Shown: piece after piece, positions 19,960 to 28,627 of the stretch
Layout: every line of letters starts with the position of its first letter
Numbering within the stretch: position 1 is the first letter of the stretch
From: Gammaproteobacteria bacterium
GTDB lineage: Bacteria > Pseudomonadota > Gammaproteobacteria > Pseudomonadales > Azotimanducaceae
NCBI GenBank assembly: GCA_034522075.1
Contig: JAXHLO010000022.1
Span: 59,104-123,103, forward strand
Direction: 5' to 3'
Length of the DNA stretch: 64,000 bases
Made by a program: the position numbers and the translations under genes
The notes under the pieces: model-generated
Seen by the model: the letters and a program-made list of their open reading frames with translations, nothing else
What the model was told of the DNA's origin: nothing
Database searches by the model: none

Positions 19960-21147
19960 TTGCAAGATCCGGAACCCGGCCCCGCGGCGCAACAGTGCCG
20001 TGTCGGCATCATCGGCGGCGGGCAACTCGGATGGATGCTCTGTCGTGCCGCGCGCGAGCTGCACATGGAAACCATCGTCCTGACACCCCAGGCCGAATGC
20101 CCGGCCGCTGCGCAAGCCGACCGATTGTTGATCGGCACCCTGGACGATACCGATATCGCCGCGCGCCTCGCCGATGCTGCTGATGTGATCACGTTCGAGA
20201 TCGAAGCCGTTGCACCGGCCGTACTCGAGCTGTTGGCGTCGAGAGTCGAATCCTGCTCCGTTCAGGTGCATCCCGCGCCAGATGTATTGCTGCTGCTGCA
20301 GAATAAGTTGCGACAAAAGCTATGGCTTGAAAAGCATGGCTTTCCCACCGCCACATTCATGGCGGGCGCTGGAACACCCGACGATGCGATGGCCGCAGGG
20401 CGGCTGGGCCTGCCGCTGGTGCAGAAAGCCGCCACCGGCGGCTATGACGGTCGCGGAGTACAGATCATCCGCGACACTTCGTCGCTGGAACGGCTGTGGC
20501 CCGTGCCGGCCGTCCTGGAAGCATTCGTTGCTGATGCCATCGAGCTGGCGGTCGTGGTGGCGCGAGCGGCGGATGGCAGCCTGGCGACTTATCAGCCCGC
20601 CTCGATGTGCTTCCATACCGAAGGCAACGTCCTGGACACAGTCTCCGCTCCCGCTGCCATTTCCCGCGACCAGGCAGACCGAGCGATGCGGCTGGCCGAG
20701 GACATCGTAGACCGGCTCGACGGTGTCGGTGTCTTCAGCATCGAGATGTTCCTGACGGCCAGGGACGAGCTGCTCGTCAACGAAATTTCCCCACGCGTGC
20801 ACAACGCCGGGCATCTCACCGTGGAGGCTTGCGAGACTTCCCAGTTCGAACAGCACCTGCGTGCGGTGACCGGCATGGCATTGCGATCGAGTGACCAGCA
20901 CCGCGCTGCGGCCATGAAAAACCTGCTGTTCGATGCGGGCCTTGCGCACTTGTGCGGCCGCGCCCCGAGCCGCTCCGTCAGTGACGATGCTGGCGTCGCC
21001 GTTTACTGGTACGGCAAGCTCAACGGCACGCCCCGTCGCAAGATGGGCCACATCACGGCGCTGGCCGATACACCCTCGGCCGCCGAGCACCGTGCCAGCT
21101 CGGCTTCGGATCGCCTTTGCAACCCACCACTCGGAGCGCTCGCGTGA
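19960..21147 (+). CDS. purK: N5-carboxyaminoimidazole ribonucleotide synthase
   Basis: RVGIIGGGQLGWMLCRAAREL..., the ATP-grasp core and C-terminal GKLNGTPRRKMGHIT. TTG at 19960 is preceded by GAGGAG. The listed ORF opens at 19816. Confidence 0.9.
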   Translation: MQDPEPGPAAQQCRVGIIGGGQLGWMLCRAARELHMETIVLTPQAECPAAAQADRLLIGTLDDTDIAARLADAADVITFEIEAVAPAVLELLASRVESCSVQVHPAPDVLLLLQNKLRQKLWLEKHGFPTATFMAGAGTPDDAMAAGRLGLPLVQKAATGGYDGRGVQIIRDTSSLERLWPVPAVLEAFVADAIELAVVVARAADGSLATYQPASMCFHTEGNVLDTVSAPAAISRDQADRAMRLAEDIVDRLDGVGVFSIEMFLTARDELLVNEISPRVHNAGHLTVEACETSQFEQHLRAVTGMALRSSDQHRAAAMKNLLFDAGLAHLCGRAPSRSVSDDAGVAVYWYGKLNGTPRRKMGHITALADTPSAAEHRASSASDRLCNPPLGALA

Positions 21148-21635
21148 CAGCGAAAGTCGGCATCATCATGGGCAGCGAATCGGATCTTCCGGTCATGGAG
21201 GCCGCGGCCGCTGCCTTGACGCAATTCGAAGTTCCCTTCGAGCTGACGGTCGTCAGCGCCCACCGCACTCCCGACAGACTGTTCGAGTACGCGTCGAACG
21301 CCGCTGAGCGAGGGCTGCAGGTGATCATCGCAGGAGCAGGCGGTGCCGCCCACCTCCCCGGCATGGTGGCCGCCATCACTGTGCTGCCCGTGGTCGGCGT
21401 GCCGATCAGCGCCACTAAACTGCAGGGCGAAGATGCCCTGCTGTCCATTGCCCAGATGCCGGCCGGCGTGCCGGTCGCCACGGTCGCTATCGACAATGCC
21501 ACCAATGCGGGAATTCTTGCGGCCCAGATCCTGTCCGTTGCCGACCCGAGGCTGCGCGATCGGCTGGCCGGCTACAAGCAGGAATTGCGAGACAAGGTCG
21601 CGCTCATGGCAGAGCGGGTCTCGCGCCGCGGCTGA
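21144..21635 (+). CDS. purE: N5-CAIR mutase
   Basis: KVGIIMGSESDLPVM...VVSAHRTPD...IIAGAGGAAHLPGMVA...PVVGVP. GTG at 21144 overlaps the purK stop (GTGA). Confidence 0.9.
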   Translation: MTAKVGIIMGSESDLPVMEAAAAALTQFEVPFELTVVSAHRTPDRLFEYASNAAERGLQVIIAGAGGAAHLPGMVAAITVLPVVGVPISATKLQGEDALLSIAQMPAGVPVATVAIDNATNAGILAAQILSVADPRLRDRLAGYKQELRDKVALMAERVSRRG

Positions 21636-21891
21636 CCTGTGGAATCGGTCTTTCTCGCCAACCTCTCGTCACCAGCGCATCGAGATCGTCATTGAGCAGA
21701 CTCTGGAGGGCGTGCGCCCGCTGTTGACCCGTGCCGGCGGCATCTGCCTCGTCACCGACGCGCAATGGCTGCGCCACTGACAGAGGCAGGTATTCAGCCG
21801 AACAAGGGTCAAGCAACAGACAATCCAGCGACCATGGCGGCAATCATCCTTACACAAGCCTCTGCGACGGGCTCTGTGTCAGAATACGCTG

Positions 21892-22689
21892 ATGCTCCGG
21901 CAATCCTATCAGCGACTCGCACCGCAGACCTATACACCACCGCAATGGCCGGTAGAGCTCGAGGCCGTCGTGTATCGCCCGCGGGATCGCCAACCGATGC
22001 CCGCGGTGCTGGTCGTGCACGGCGGCAGCTGGTCGGCTCGTGCGCCTTCCGACATGAACCGGATATGCCGTTATCTCGCCGCCCGCGGTTACGTGGCAGT
22101 CAATGTCGCCTACCGTCTGGCGCCGCAACACTTATTCCCCGCAGCGCTGCGGGATCTCGAGCAGGCGCTGAACTGGATGGTTGCCAACGCCGAGACGCTG
22201 GCAATCGACCCCGCCAGGATCGGCGCCTTCGGCTATTCCGCCGGCGCTCACCTGGCCGCCCTGCTCGCCCTGACCGAATCTGCCGCGGCGCCCCGCAGCC
22301 GGCCGGCACGCGGCTACTCGCTGCGGGCGGTCATCGCCGGCGGCATTCCCGCAGACCTCACGAAATGGCCGCAAAGCCCCGTCGTCAGACGCTTTCTGGG
22401 CGTGTCGTTCCGGGCAGACCCTCAGCTCTGGGTCGAAGCCTCGCCTATAGCCCATGTTTCCGATACCGCCCCACCGTTCCTGCTGTATCACGGCGGCGCG
22501 GACAGGCTGGTGGAGGCCGATCAGTCACGCCGCCTGCATCAGCGGCTCGCCGCACGCGGCGTGCGCGCGGACCTGCACATCGTGCCGTATCACGGACACC
22601 TGTCCATGTTTGTGTTGAACCGCTCGGCGTTACGCCGCAGTACCGCGTTTCTCGCAGACACGCTTGGCGGGTGTCTATCGGGTGGCTGA
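21892..22689 (+). CDS. alpha/beta hydrolase (esterase/lipase fold-3 type)
   Basis: VLVVHGGSWSA (HGGxW oxyanion motif), the GFGYSAGAHLAA nucleophile elbow, and C-terminal LLYHGGADRLV...PYHGH. Confidence 0.8.
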   Translation: MLRQSYQRLAPQTYTPPQWPVELEAVVYRPRDRQPMPAVLVVHGGSWSARAPSDMNRICRYLAARGYVAVNVAYRLAPQHLFPAALRDLEQALNWMVANAETLAIDPARIGAFGYSAGAHLAALLALTESAAAPRSRPARGYSLRAVIAGGIPADLTKWPQSPVVRRFLGVSFRADPQLWVEASPIAHVSDTAPPFLLYHGGADRLVEADQSRRLHQRLAARGVRADLHIVPYHGHLSMFVLNRSALRRSTAFLADTLGGCLSGG

Positions 22690-22734
22690 GGGCGAGAAAC
22701 TCGGCGCACGATTGCTTCACGGTCTCGCTGGCGG

Positions 22735-23901
22735 TCACGCAAACTCCATGGCAAGCCGTTCCAGGCGGCGCTGCTGCGCCCGCAGTTGAGCGACGACCTG
22801 CCGGGCGTAGTCTTTCATCTCGGCATCCACGCGATCCATTCGTTCAACGACCCGCTGTCTGGTCGTGCTGAGCCAGGTTTCCCGCGCGCGGGACCAGTCC
22901 GCCAGGATCGCGCTGAATGCGTCGTACTCGCGCTCCAATCTGTCGCGAAGGTGCTGCAGGGCCTGGTGATGACCATGAGTCAGCGCCCGCTCAATGCGCG
23001 CTTCCGCTCGTTTGAACTGCATGGTCAAACGCGCCCGCTCGATTTCCACCCAGGGCGTTGTGCGGAGCCGTTGCGTCAGGCCCACCCACGACAAAGCGCA
23101 AATCAGCCACTTGGTCGGATCCCAGTGCCACCAGCGGGTGCCGTTGCGATAGTCGTGAGCGAATCGATGGTGAAAGTTGTGGTAACCCTCGCCATAGGTG
23201 AGCAACGCCAGCAGCGGATGGTCCCTCGAGGTATTGCCGTCGTCGTAGGGTTGCCTGCCCCAGCGGTGCGCCAGCGAATTGATGAAGAACGTTACATGAT
23301 GATTGACGACGAGGCGCAGCAGCCCAGCCAGCAGCACGGTGCCCCAGAGATCGCCGGACAACCAGCCTACAGCGGCTGGCAGGGCGATATTCATGGTTAG
23401 AACGATGGCCACATAGTGATCATGCTGGAATACGACGACCGGATCTCGCTGCAGGTCTCTGACGTGCTTGAAATCCGCCACGGCTGCGGGATATTGCCGC
23501 AGCATCCAGCCGATGTGCGAATACCAGAACCCGCGCCGCGCTGAGTAAGGATCTGCCTCCTCATCGTCGACGAAGCGGTGATGGGGCCGATGCCCCGCCG
23601 ACCAGACCAGAATGCTGTTCTGAATGGCCATCGCTCCGAACAGCATGAAAAAGACTCTTACTGCCCAGTGCGCTTCATAGGTACGATGAGCCCACAAGCG
23701 ATGATAGCCGGCCGTGATGGACAACCCGGACGCCACGAGGAAAATCGCGAACCAGACCCAGCTTGCTGTGCTGTAACCCACGGCAACGCCGTAAAGCGGC
23801 ACCAGCAGGAGCGCGGCAGCAAAGGTTCCGGTGAGAACCACGGCCGGGACCCAGTCGATGGGCGGAAGCGGATTTCTGATCTTCATATCACCGGCAAGCA
23901 T
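22735..23901 (-). CDS. acyl-CoA (delta-9 type) fatty acid desaturase
   Basis: Three histidine boxes are present: GYHRLWAHRTY, HRPHHRFVDDE and HNFHHRFAHDY. Four N-terminal TM helices precede them and a coiled C-terminal extension follows. Confidence 0.9.
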   Translation of the reverse strand: MLAGDMKIRNPLPPIDWVPAVVLTGTFAAALLLVPLYGVAVGYSTASWVWFAIFLVASGLSITAGYHRLWAHRTYEAHWAVRVFFMLFGAMAIQNSILVWSAGHRPHHRFVDDEEADPYSARRGFWYSHIGWMLRQYPAAVADFKHVRDLQRDPVVVFQHDHYVAIVLTMNIALPAAVGWLSGDLWGTVLLAGLLRLVVNHHVTFFINSLAHRWGRQPYDDGNTSRDHPLLALLTYGEGYHNFHHRFAHDYRNGTRWWHWDPTKWLICALSWVGLTQRLRTTPWVEIERARLTMQFKRAEARIERALTHGHHQALQHLRDRLEREYDAFSAILADWSRARETWLSTTRQRVVERMDRVDAEMKDYARQVVAQLRAQQRRLERLAMEFA

Positions 23902-23952
23902 AGTTGAGAATGTCCTCGTGTTCGAGGCCGGGCCAACCCGCAGGAGACTCGT

Positions 23953-26454
23953 ATGAGCGTTCTACTTTTCCTGATCGCAGCCCTGGTGCTGATCTACTCA
24001 GCTACCGGCGGCGGCACCGCAGCGGTCGTACTGACCGCCGCGGCGATCATCGGCGCCTGGCTCGACGGCTGGCACATGGCGAGCCTCGCCGCCGGCGGCG
24101 CGCTGCTCGCCGCCGGCTTCGTGCTGCTGCAGGCAAGCCCGTTGCGTCGCAATCTGCTCAGCCGGCCCCTGCTCGGCTGGGTGCAAGGGCGGCTGCCGAC
24201 GCTGTCGGATACCGAGGCGGAGGCACTCAAGAGCGGCAGTGTCGACTGGGACGGTGAACTCTTTTCCGGGCAGCCTGACTGGGCAAAACTGCTCGATGCC
24301 AGAGCCGCTTCACTCAGCAGCGAAGAGCAGGCGTTCCTCGACGGTCCGGTCGACCAGCTGTGTGCCATGCTCGACGACTGGAAGATTACCCACGAGCATT
24401 ACGATCTGCCCGCCGAAGTCTGGACGTTCATTCGCGAGAACGGCTTTTTCGGGCTCATGATCCCGCAGGCACACGGCGGCAAGGGATTTTCCCACACCGC
24501 CCATTCCGAAATCGTCATGAAGATCTCGACGCGAAGCTCGTCCGCCGCGGTGACCGTGATGGTTCCGAACTCGCTCGGCCCGGGCGAACTGCTGATGGAA
24601 TACGGCACCGAAGCCCAAAAGCAGCACTATCTGCCGCGGCTCGCCCGCGGCGAGGAGGTCCCCTGCTTCGCCCTGACCTCGCCGGTAGCCGGCTCCGATG
24701 CCGGCGCCATCCCGGACAAAGGCATCGTCTGCAGGGGCCAGTGGGAGGGCCACGAGGTCCTTGGTCTGAAGCTGACCTGGAACAAGCGCTATATCACCCT
24801 CGCTCCGGTGGCGACGCTCATCGGGCTCGCCGTCAAAGTCTACGACCCCGATCGGCTGCTCGGCGACGACGAGCTGATTGGCGTCACCTGCGTGCTGGTG
24901 CCCCGCGACCTCGACGGCGTGAACGCCGGCCCGCGCCATCTGCCGATGAACACCCCGTTCATGAATGGCCCCACCTGGGGCACTGACGTGTTCATTCCGC
25001 TCGACCAGGTCATCGGCGGCCGTGACATGCTTGGCCGCGGCTGGAAGATGCTGCTCGAGAGTCTCTCGATCGGGCGCTCGATCTCACTGCCCGCCATGGG
25101 CACTGGTGCCGGCAAGGTCGCGAGCCTGGCAACAGGCTCGTACACCCTGGTGCGAGAGCAGTTCGGACGCTCTATCAGCCAGTTCGAAGGCGTCCAGGAG
25201 GCTCTCGAACCCATCGCCGGCTACACCTACATGATGGACGCCGCCCGCCTGCTCACCACCGGCATGCTCGACCGGGGCGTGCGCCCATCGGTGCCGTCGG
25301 CGGTGCTCAAATACCGCAACACCGATCTGATGCGGGAAGTGATCAATCACGCCATGGATGTGATCGCGGGCCGCGGCGTGATCACCGGGCCGAGAAACTT
25401 CCTCGCCCGGGCCTATCAGGCGGTGCCGATCGGAATAACCGTCGAAGGCGCCAACATCGTCACCCGCAGCCTGATGATCTTCGGTCAGGGGGCCATTCGC
25501 TGCCATCCCTACATCGTCGATGAGATCGAGGCGGCGGGCATGACAGATGCGCGGGAAGCCGTCAGGAAGTTCGATGGTGTCTTCTATCGCCACCTCGCGC
25601 ACACTACCCGCAACGCGCTGCGCGCTTTTGTTCTGGGGCTGACGCGCGGACGTGGCGAACGGGTACCCCACGCCGGCAACCTCGAACGCTATTATCGGCA
25701 GCTCGCACGCTTCTCCGCGGCGTTCTCGCTGCTGACCGACGTCACACTGATGACCATCGGCGGCGGTCTCAAGGCACGCCAGCGCCTTTCCGGGCGCATG
25801 GCCGATTGCCTGATCCATCTCTACTACGCCACCGCCGTCATCAAGCAATGGCACGATGAGGGCTACCCGGAAGATCAGCAGCCACTGGTCGAGTGGGCAC
25901 AGCAGACGAGCCTGCGCGATGCCCAGACCGCCCTGCGCTCGCTGATCATCCATTTCCCAGTCCCGGCGCTGCGCTGGCCATTGCGGCTGCTGGTATTCCC
26001 ACTCGGCGCCACCGGTCTCAACGGCCCCGACGATTCCCTCGGAGCCCGAGTAGCCGCCACCATTGTCGAAGATACCCCCGTCCGCCAGCGGGTCAGCCGC
26101 GGGTGTTACGTCACCACCGATCCCGACGATTCGCTCGGACGCGTGCTCGATGCCTACCGTCTCGCCAACGACACCCGCGAGTTGCGCATGCGCCTGCACC
26201 AGGCCATGCGCGAACGGGACGAAAACGAGCTGGGACGAATCGATCGGCTGATGGGCCATGAGCGCCGGGAGCTCGTGGATTGGGCCTGTGAACAAGGCAT
26301 AATTAAAGAGGCGGAATGCGGCCTGCTGCTCGAAGCCCTGGTCTCCCTGTACGACGCAATCCGGGTGGACGCGTTCGACGCGGAAGGCATCAGGGAACTC
26401 GCCGAGGTTTCACACGGCAAGCGTCGTACGGTGGAGCGGCCGGAGCCGCTCTAG
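23953..26454 (+). CDS. fadE: long-type acyl-CoA dehydrogenase
   Basis: 833 aa with an N-terminal membrane anchor, the ACAD core (MIPQAHGGKGFS...LTSPVAGSDAGA...) and a FadE-specific C-terminal domain. Confidence 0.9.
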   Translation: MSVLLFLIAALVLIYSATGGGTAAVVLTAAAIIGAWLDGWHMASLAAGGALLAAGFVLLQASPLRRNLLSRPLLGWVQGRLPTLSDTEAEALKSGSVDWDGELFSGQPDWAKLLDARAASLSSEEQAFLDGPVDQLCAMLDDWKITHEHYDLPAEVWTFIRENGFFGLMIPQAHGGKGFSHTAHSEIVMKISTRSSSAAVTVMVPNSLGPGELLMEYGTEAQKQHYLPRLARGEEVPCFALTSPVAGSDAGAIPDKGIVCRGQWEGHEVLGLKLTWNKRYITLAPVATLIGLAVKVYDPDRLLGDDELIGVTCVLVPRDLDGVNAGPRHLPMNTPFMNGPTWGTDVFIPLDQVIGGRDMLGRGWKMLLESLSIGRSISLPAMGTGAGKVASLATGSYTLVREQFGRSISQFEGVQEALEPIAGYTYMMDAARLLTTGMLDRGVRPSVPSAVLKYRNTDLMREVINHAMDVIAGRGVITGPRNFLARAYQAVPIGITVEGANIVTRSLMIFGQGAIRCHPYIVDEIEAAGMTDAREAVRKFDGVFYRHLAHTTRNALRAFVLGLTRGRGERVPHAGNLERYYRQLARFSAAFSLLTDVTLMTIGGGLKARQRLSGRMADCLIHLYYATAVIKQWHDEGYPEDQQPLVEWAQQTSLRDAQTALRSLIIHFPVPALRWPLRLLVFPLGATGLNGPDDSLGARVAATIVEDTPVRQRVSRGCYVTTDPDDSLGRVLDAYRLANDTRELRMRLHQAMRERDENELGRIDRLMGHERRELVDWACEQGIIKEAECGLLLEALVSLYDAIRVDAFDAEGIRELAEVSHGKRRTVERPEPL

Positions 26455-26586
26455 CCAGCGGCATGTCAGGGGTGAACCGCAGCTCAGGACGATGGTGGGG
26501 CTGGCCGGATAATACACTTGGTGGTAGCTTCGCCTGCAAAGGGTGCACACGCTGGCACACCGGACGCATCCTCCAGGGAGAAGACC

Positions 26587-27015
26587 ATGCAGAACCGAAA
26601 CCGCCTTTCCCTCCGCCTGCTCGCCACGCTTATGCCCACACTGGTACTCATGAGCCCGGCAGTCAATGCCGAATCCGATCAGCCAGCCTATGATGGAACC
26701 GATCTGTACCTCAACAACTGCGCGAACTGTCATGGCGTATACGGAGAGGGGGACGGTATCGTCACCCCCACCCTATCGACGGTCCTGCTCGACCTGCGCT
26801 ATCTGAGCGCCCGCAACGACGGCACTTTCCCTCGCGACTTCGTCACCGACATCATCGACGGACGCGCCACTCGCGCCACCCACGGCCCGGAGGGTATGCC
26901 GGTGTGGGCCGCTGAGTTCTCCCGCCAGGAGGGTTTCGACGAACAGGCCGAAGCACGGGTCACGGCAAAGATTGACGCCCTGGTCAATTTCCTGGAGCAG
27001 ATTCAGCGGCAATGA
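26587..27015 (+). CDS. monoheme c-type cytochrome
   Basis: Signal peptide, heme motif CANCHG and distal GMPVW. GGAGAAGACC lies just before ATG 26587. Confidence 0.75.
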   Translation: MQNRNRLSLRLLATLMPTLVLMSPAVNAESDQPAYDGTDLYLNNCANCHGVYGEGDGIVTPTLSTVLLDLRYLSARNDGTFPRDFVTDIIDGRATRATHGPEGMPVWAAEFSRQEGFDEQAEARVTAKIDALVNFLEQIQRQ

Positions 27016-27057
27016 CTCGCCATTGCCGCTGCATGCCCCGGCCCCCGGGTGGCAACC

Positions 27058-28437
27058 CTAAACGTAAAAGTCCAGCTCTTCCAGTGACTTGAGCAGGTCG
27101 CGCATTTTGATCGGATCGTCGCCGAAGAAGAATACAAGACCCCAGTGCGTGCCGAATGCGGAGCGGTCCGGCACCGTTTCCTCTGCCGGTTCAGGGAGCT
27201 CGTGCGACTCGAAATAGGGATGGTCGACACACTCGGGCGGCAGTTGCAGCTTACTGACGACCCGACGACGCGGGTAGACGCCGAAACAACCGGCGTAGCC
27301 GTGCGCGTCGACCACTTCATCGGGAAAGAACGCTCTGACTTCCTGTTTCGTGGTCTTCGGATCGAATACCAGCATTGACGCCTGGTAAGCGCTGAAGCCA
27401 TAGGCGCGCTCGATGAGCTCAAAGGCTTTGAATCCGGGCGGCCGGTAGGCTACTTCGCCGAAGTACATCTCGCCGTCTGCGGTCACGAAGTACTCGGGGT
27501 GAATCAGGCCGAATTGAATGTCGAAGGTCTTGATGAGCTTCTCGACCTGCTGTGTAATCGCATTCCGCCAGCTCTCAAGCTCTTTGGTGGCCGGAACGAA
27601 CACCGAGTACCCGAGGGTGACGTATTCCGAAATGTTCAGAAACTGGATCTTGCCATTGTGAATCCAGGCTTCAACGGCGAATTCCCATCCGCTGAGATGG
27701 CTCTCCATGAGCAGGGGATACTCTTCATCCGGAATCAGGTCGATCTCTTCCATGGTCCGGATCATCCGGTGGCCGAGACAGCCCGCTTTGTCGAAGGCCT
27801 TGACGTGAATCGGGTCGTCGGGGTCGCCCTCAAGCTTCAGCAGCGTCTGGTTGACGCGTTTCATGAAGCGCACGATGTCGTCCTTCTCGTGCGCCTCTTC
27901 GAAGATGCCGACCCGGATGCCGCCGAGCTGCGCGCGCCGCTTCATCAGAGCTTTGTCGCGGAAGAGGATGGACTGGCCATACATGCGGGGGTTGTCCAGA
28001 AGAACAGAGTTGATCGCGCCCGACCATTCCACCGTTTCTTCAAACAGGGGAATGGCTACATCGACGCCACGCTCTTTAAGGACTTCGGCGATCTCCATGG
28101 AGCGATCGTTCAGGCGCACGAAATCCCAGGGGATGAACGGAATTTTGTTGGCTTCGCAGAAGTCTGCGGCCCATTCCGGAGCAACGACCACGTAGCGCCG
28201 ATCAAACTTCTGTGCCGCCTTGATCGCATTGAGGCTCCAGCCCAGAAGTGCAATGAAGCCTTTTGAGGGATCCTTTTCCCGTTCCGTGCCTTTGGTGGAA
28301 TCGAGCGTGGGGTCGACCCAGGACGCCAGGTTCGGATCCATGGCACCGGCACCCGACTGCTCAGGCTGACGCTCAGCTGCCTTGGCTGGCATATCTGAAG
28401 AGGATTTAGTGGGTTGGCTTGACTCTGATGTCGACAT
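27058..28437 (-). CDS. ATP-grasp domain-containing ligase with a low-complexity N-terminal extension
   Basis: 459 aa. The central and C-terminal ATP-grasp lobes read DKALMKRRAQLGGIRVG...VKAFDKAGCLGHRMI...LMESHLSGWEFAVEAWIHNGKIQFLNISEY...HPEYFVTADGEMYFGEVAYRPPG. AAGGAG lies 8 nt before the ATG. GC is visibly lower than in the flanks. Confidence 0.8.
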   Translation of the reverse strand: MSTSESSQPTKSSSDMPAKAAERQPEQSGAGAMDPNLASWVDPTLDSTKGTEREKDPSKGFIALLGWSLNAIKAAQKFDRRYVVVAPEWAADFCEANKIPFIPWDFVRLNDRSMEIAEVLKERGVDVAIPLFEETVEWSGAINSVLLDNPRMYGQSILFRDKALMKRRAQLGGIRVGIFEEAHEKDDIVRFMKRVNQTLLKLEGDPDDPIHVKAFDKAGCLGHRMIRTMEEIDLIPDEEYPLLMESHLSGWEFAVEAWIHNGKIQFLNISEYVTLGYSVFVPATKELESWRNAITQQVEKLIKTFDIQFGLIHPEYFVTADGEMYFGEVAYRPPGFKAFELIERAYGFSAYQASMLVFDPKTTKQEVRAFFPDEVVDAHGYAGCFGVYPRRRVVSKLQLPPECVDHPYFESHELPEPAEETVPDRSAFGTHWGLVFFFGDDPIKMRDLLKSLEELDFYV

Positions 28438-28627
28438 AATTGAAGGCTCCTTGTCGTCGTCCGCATGGCTTTGGTAGTGCGTTCACCAAGCACTCCAGCG
28501 ACGCTGCTTTATGTCGTTCATCTATCGTCGCTGACGATGCACACCATCTTCGTTTGAGAGTCAGTATACAGCATATCTGTTCGGAAGACAGACGAAGCCA
28601 TGCGCAGCAGAACGCCCCCGTCAGAGT

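Noticed and set aside
28110-28493. 127-codon minus-strand ORF spanning the ATP-grasp start region.
   Set aside because: It is out of frame with the ATP-grasp gene and has Arg/Ser/Pro-rich composition. The ATP-grasp ATG at 28437 has a strong AAGGAG, so this is an overlap artefact.
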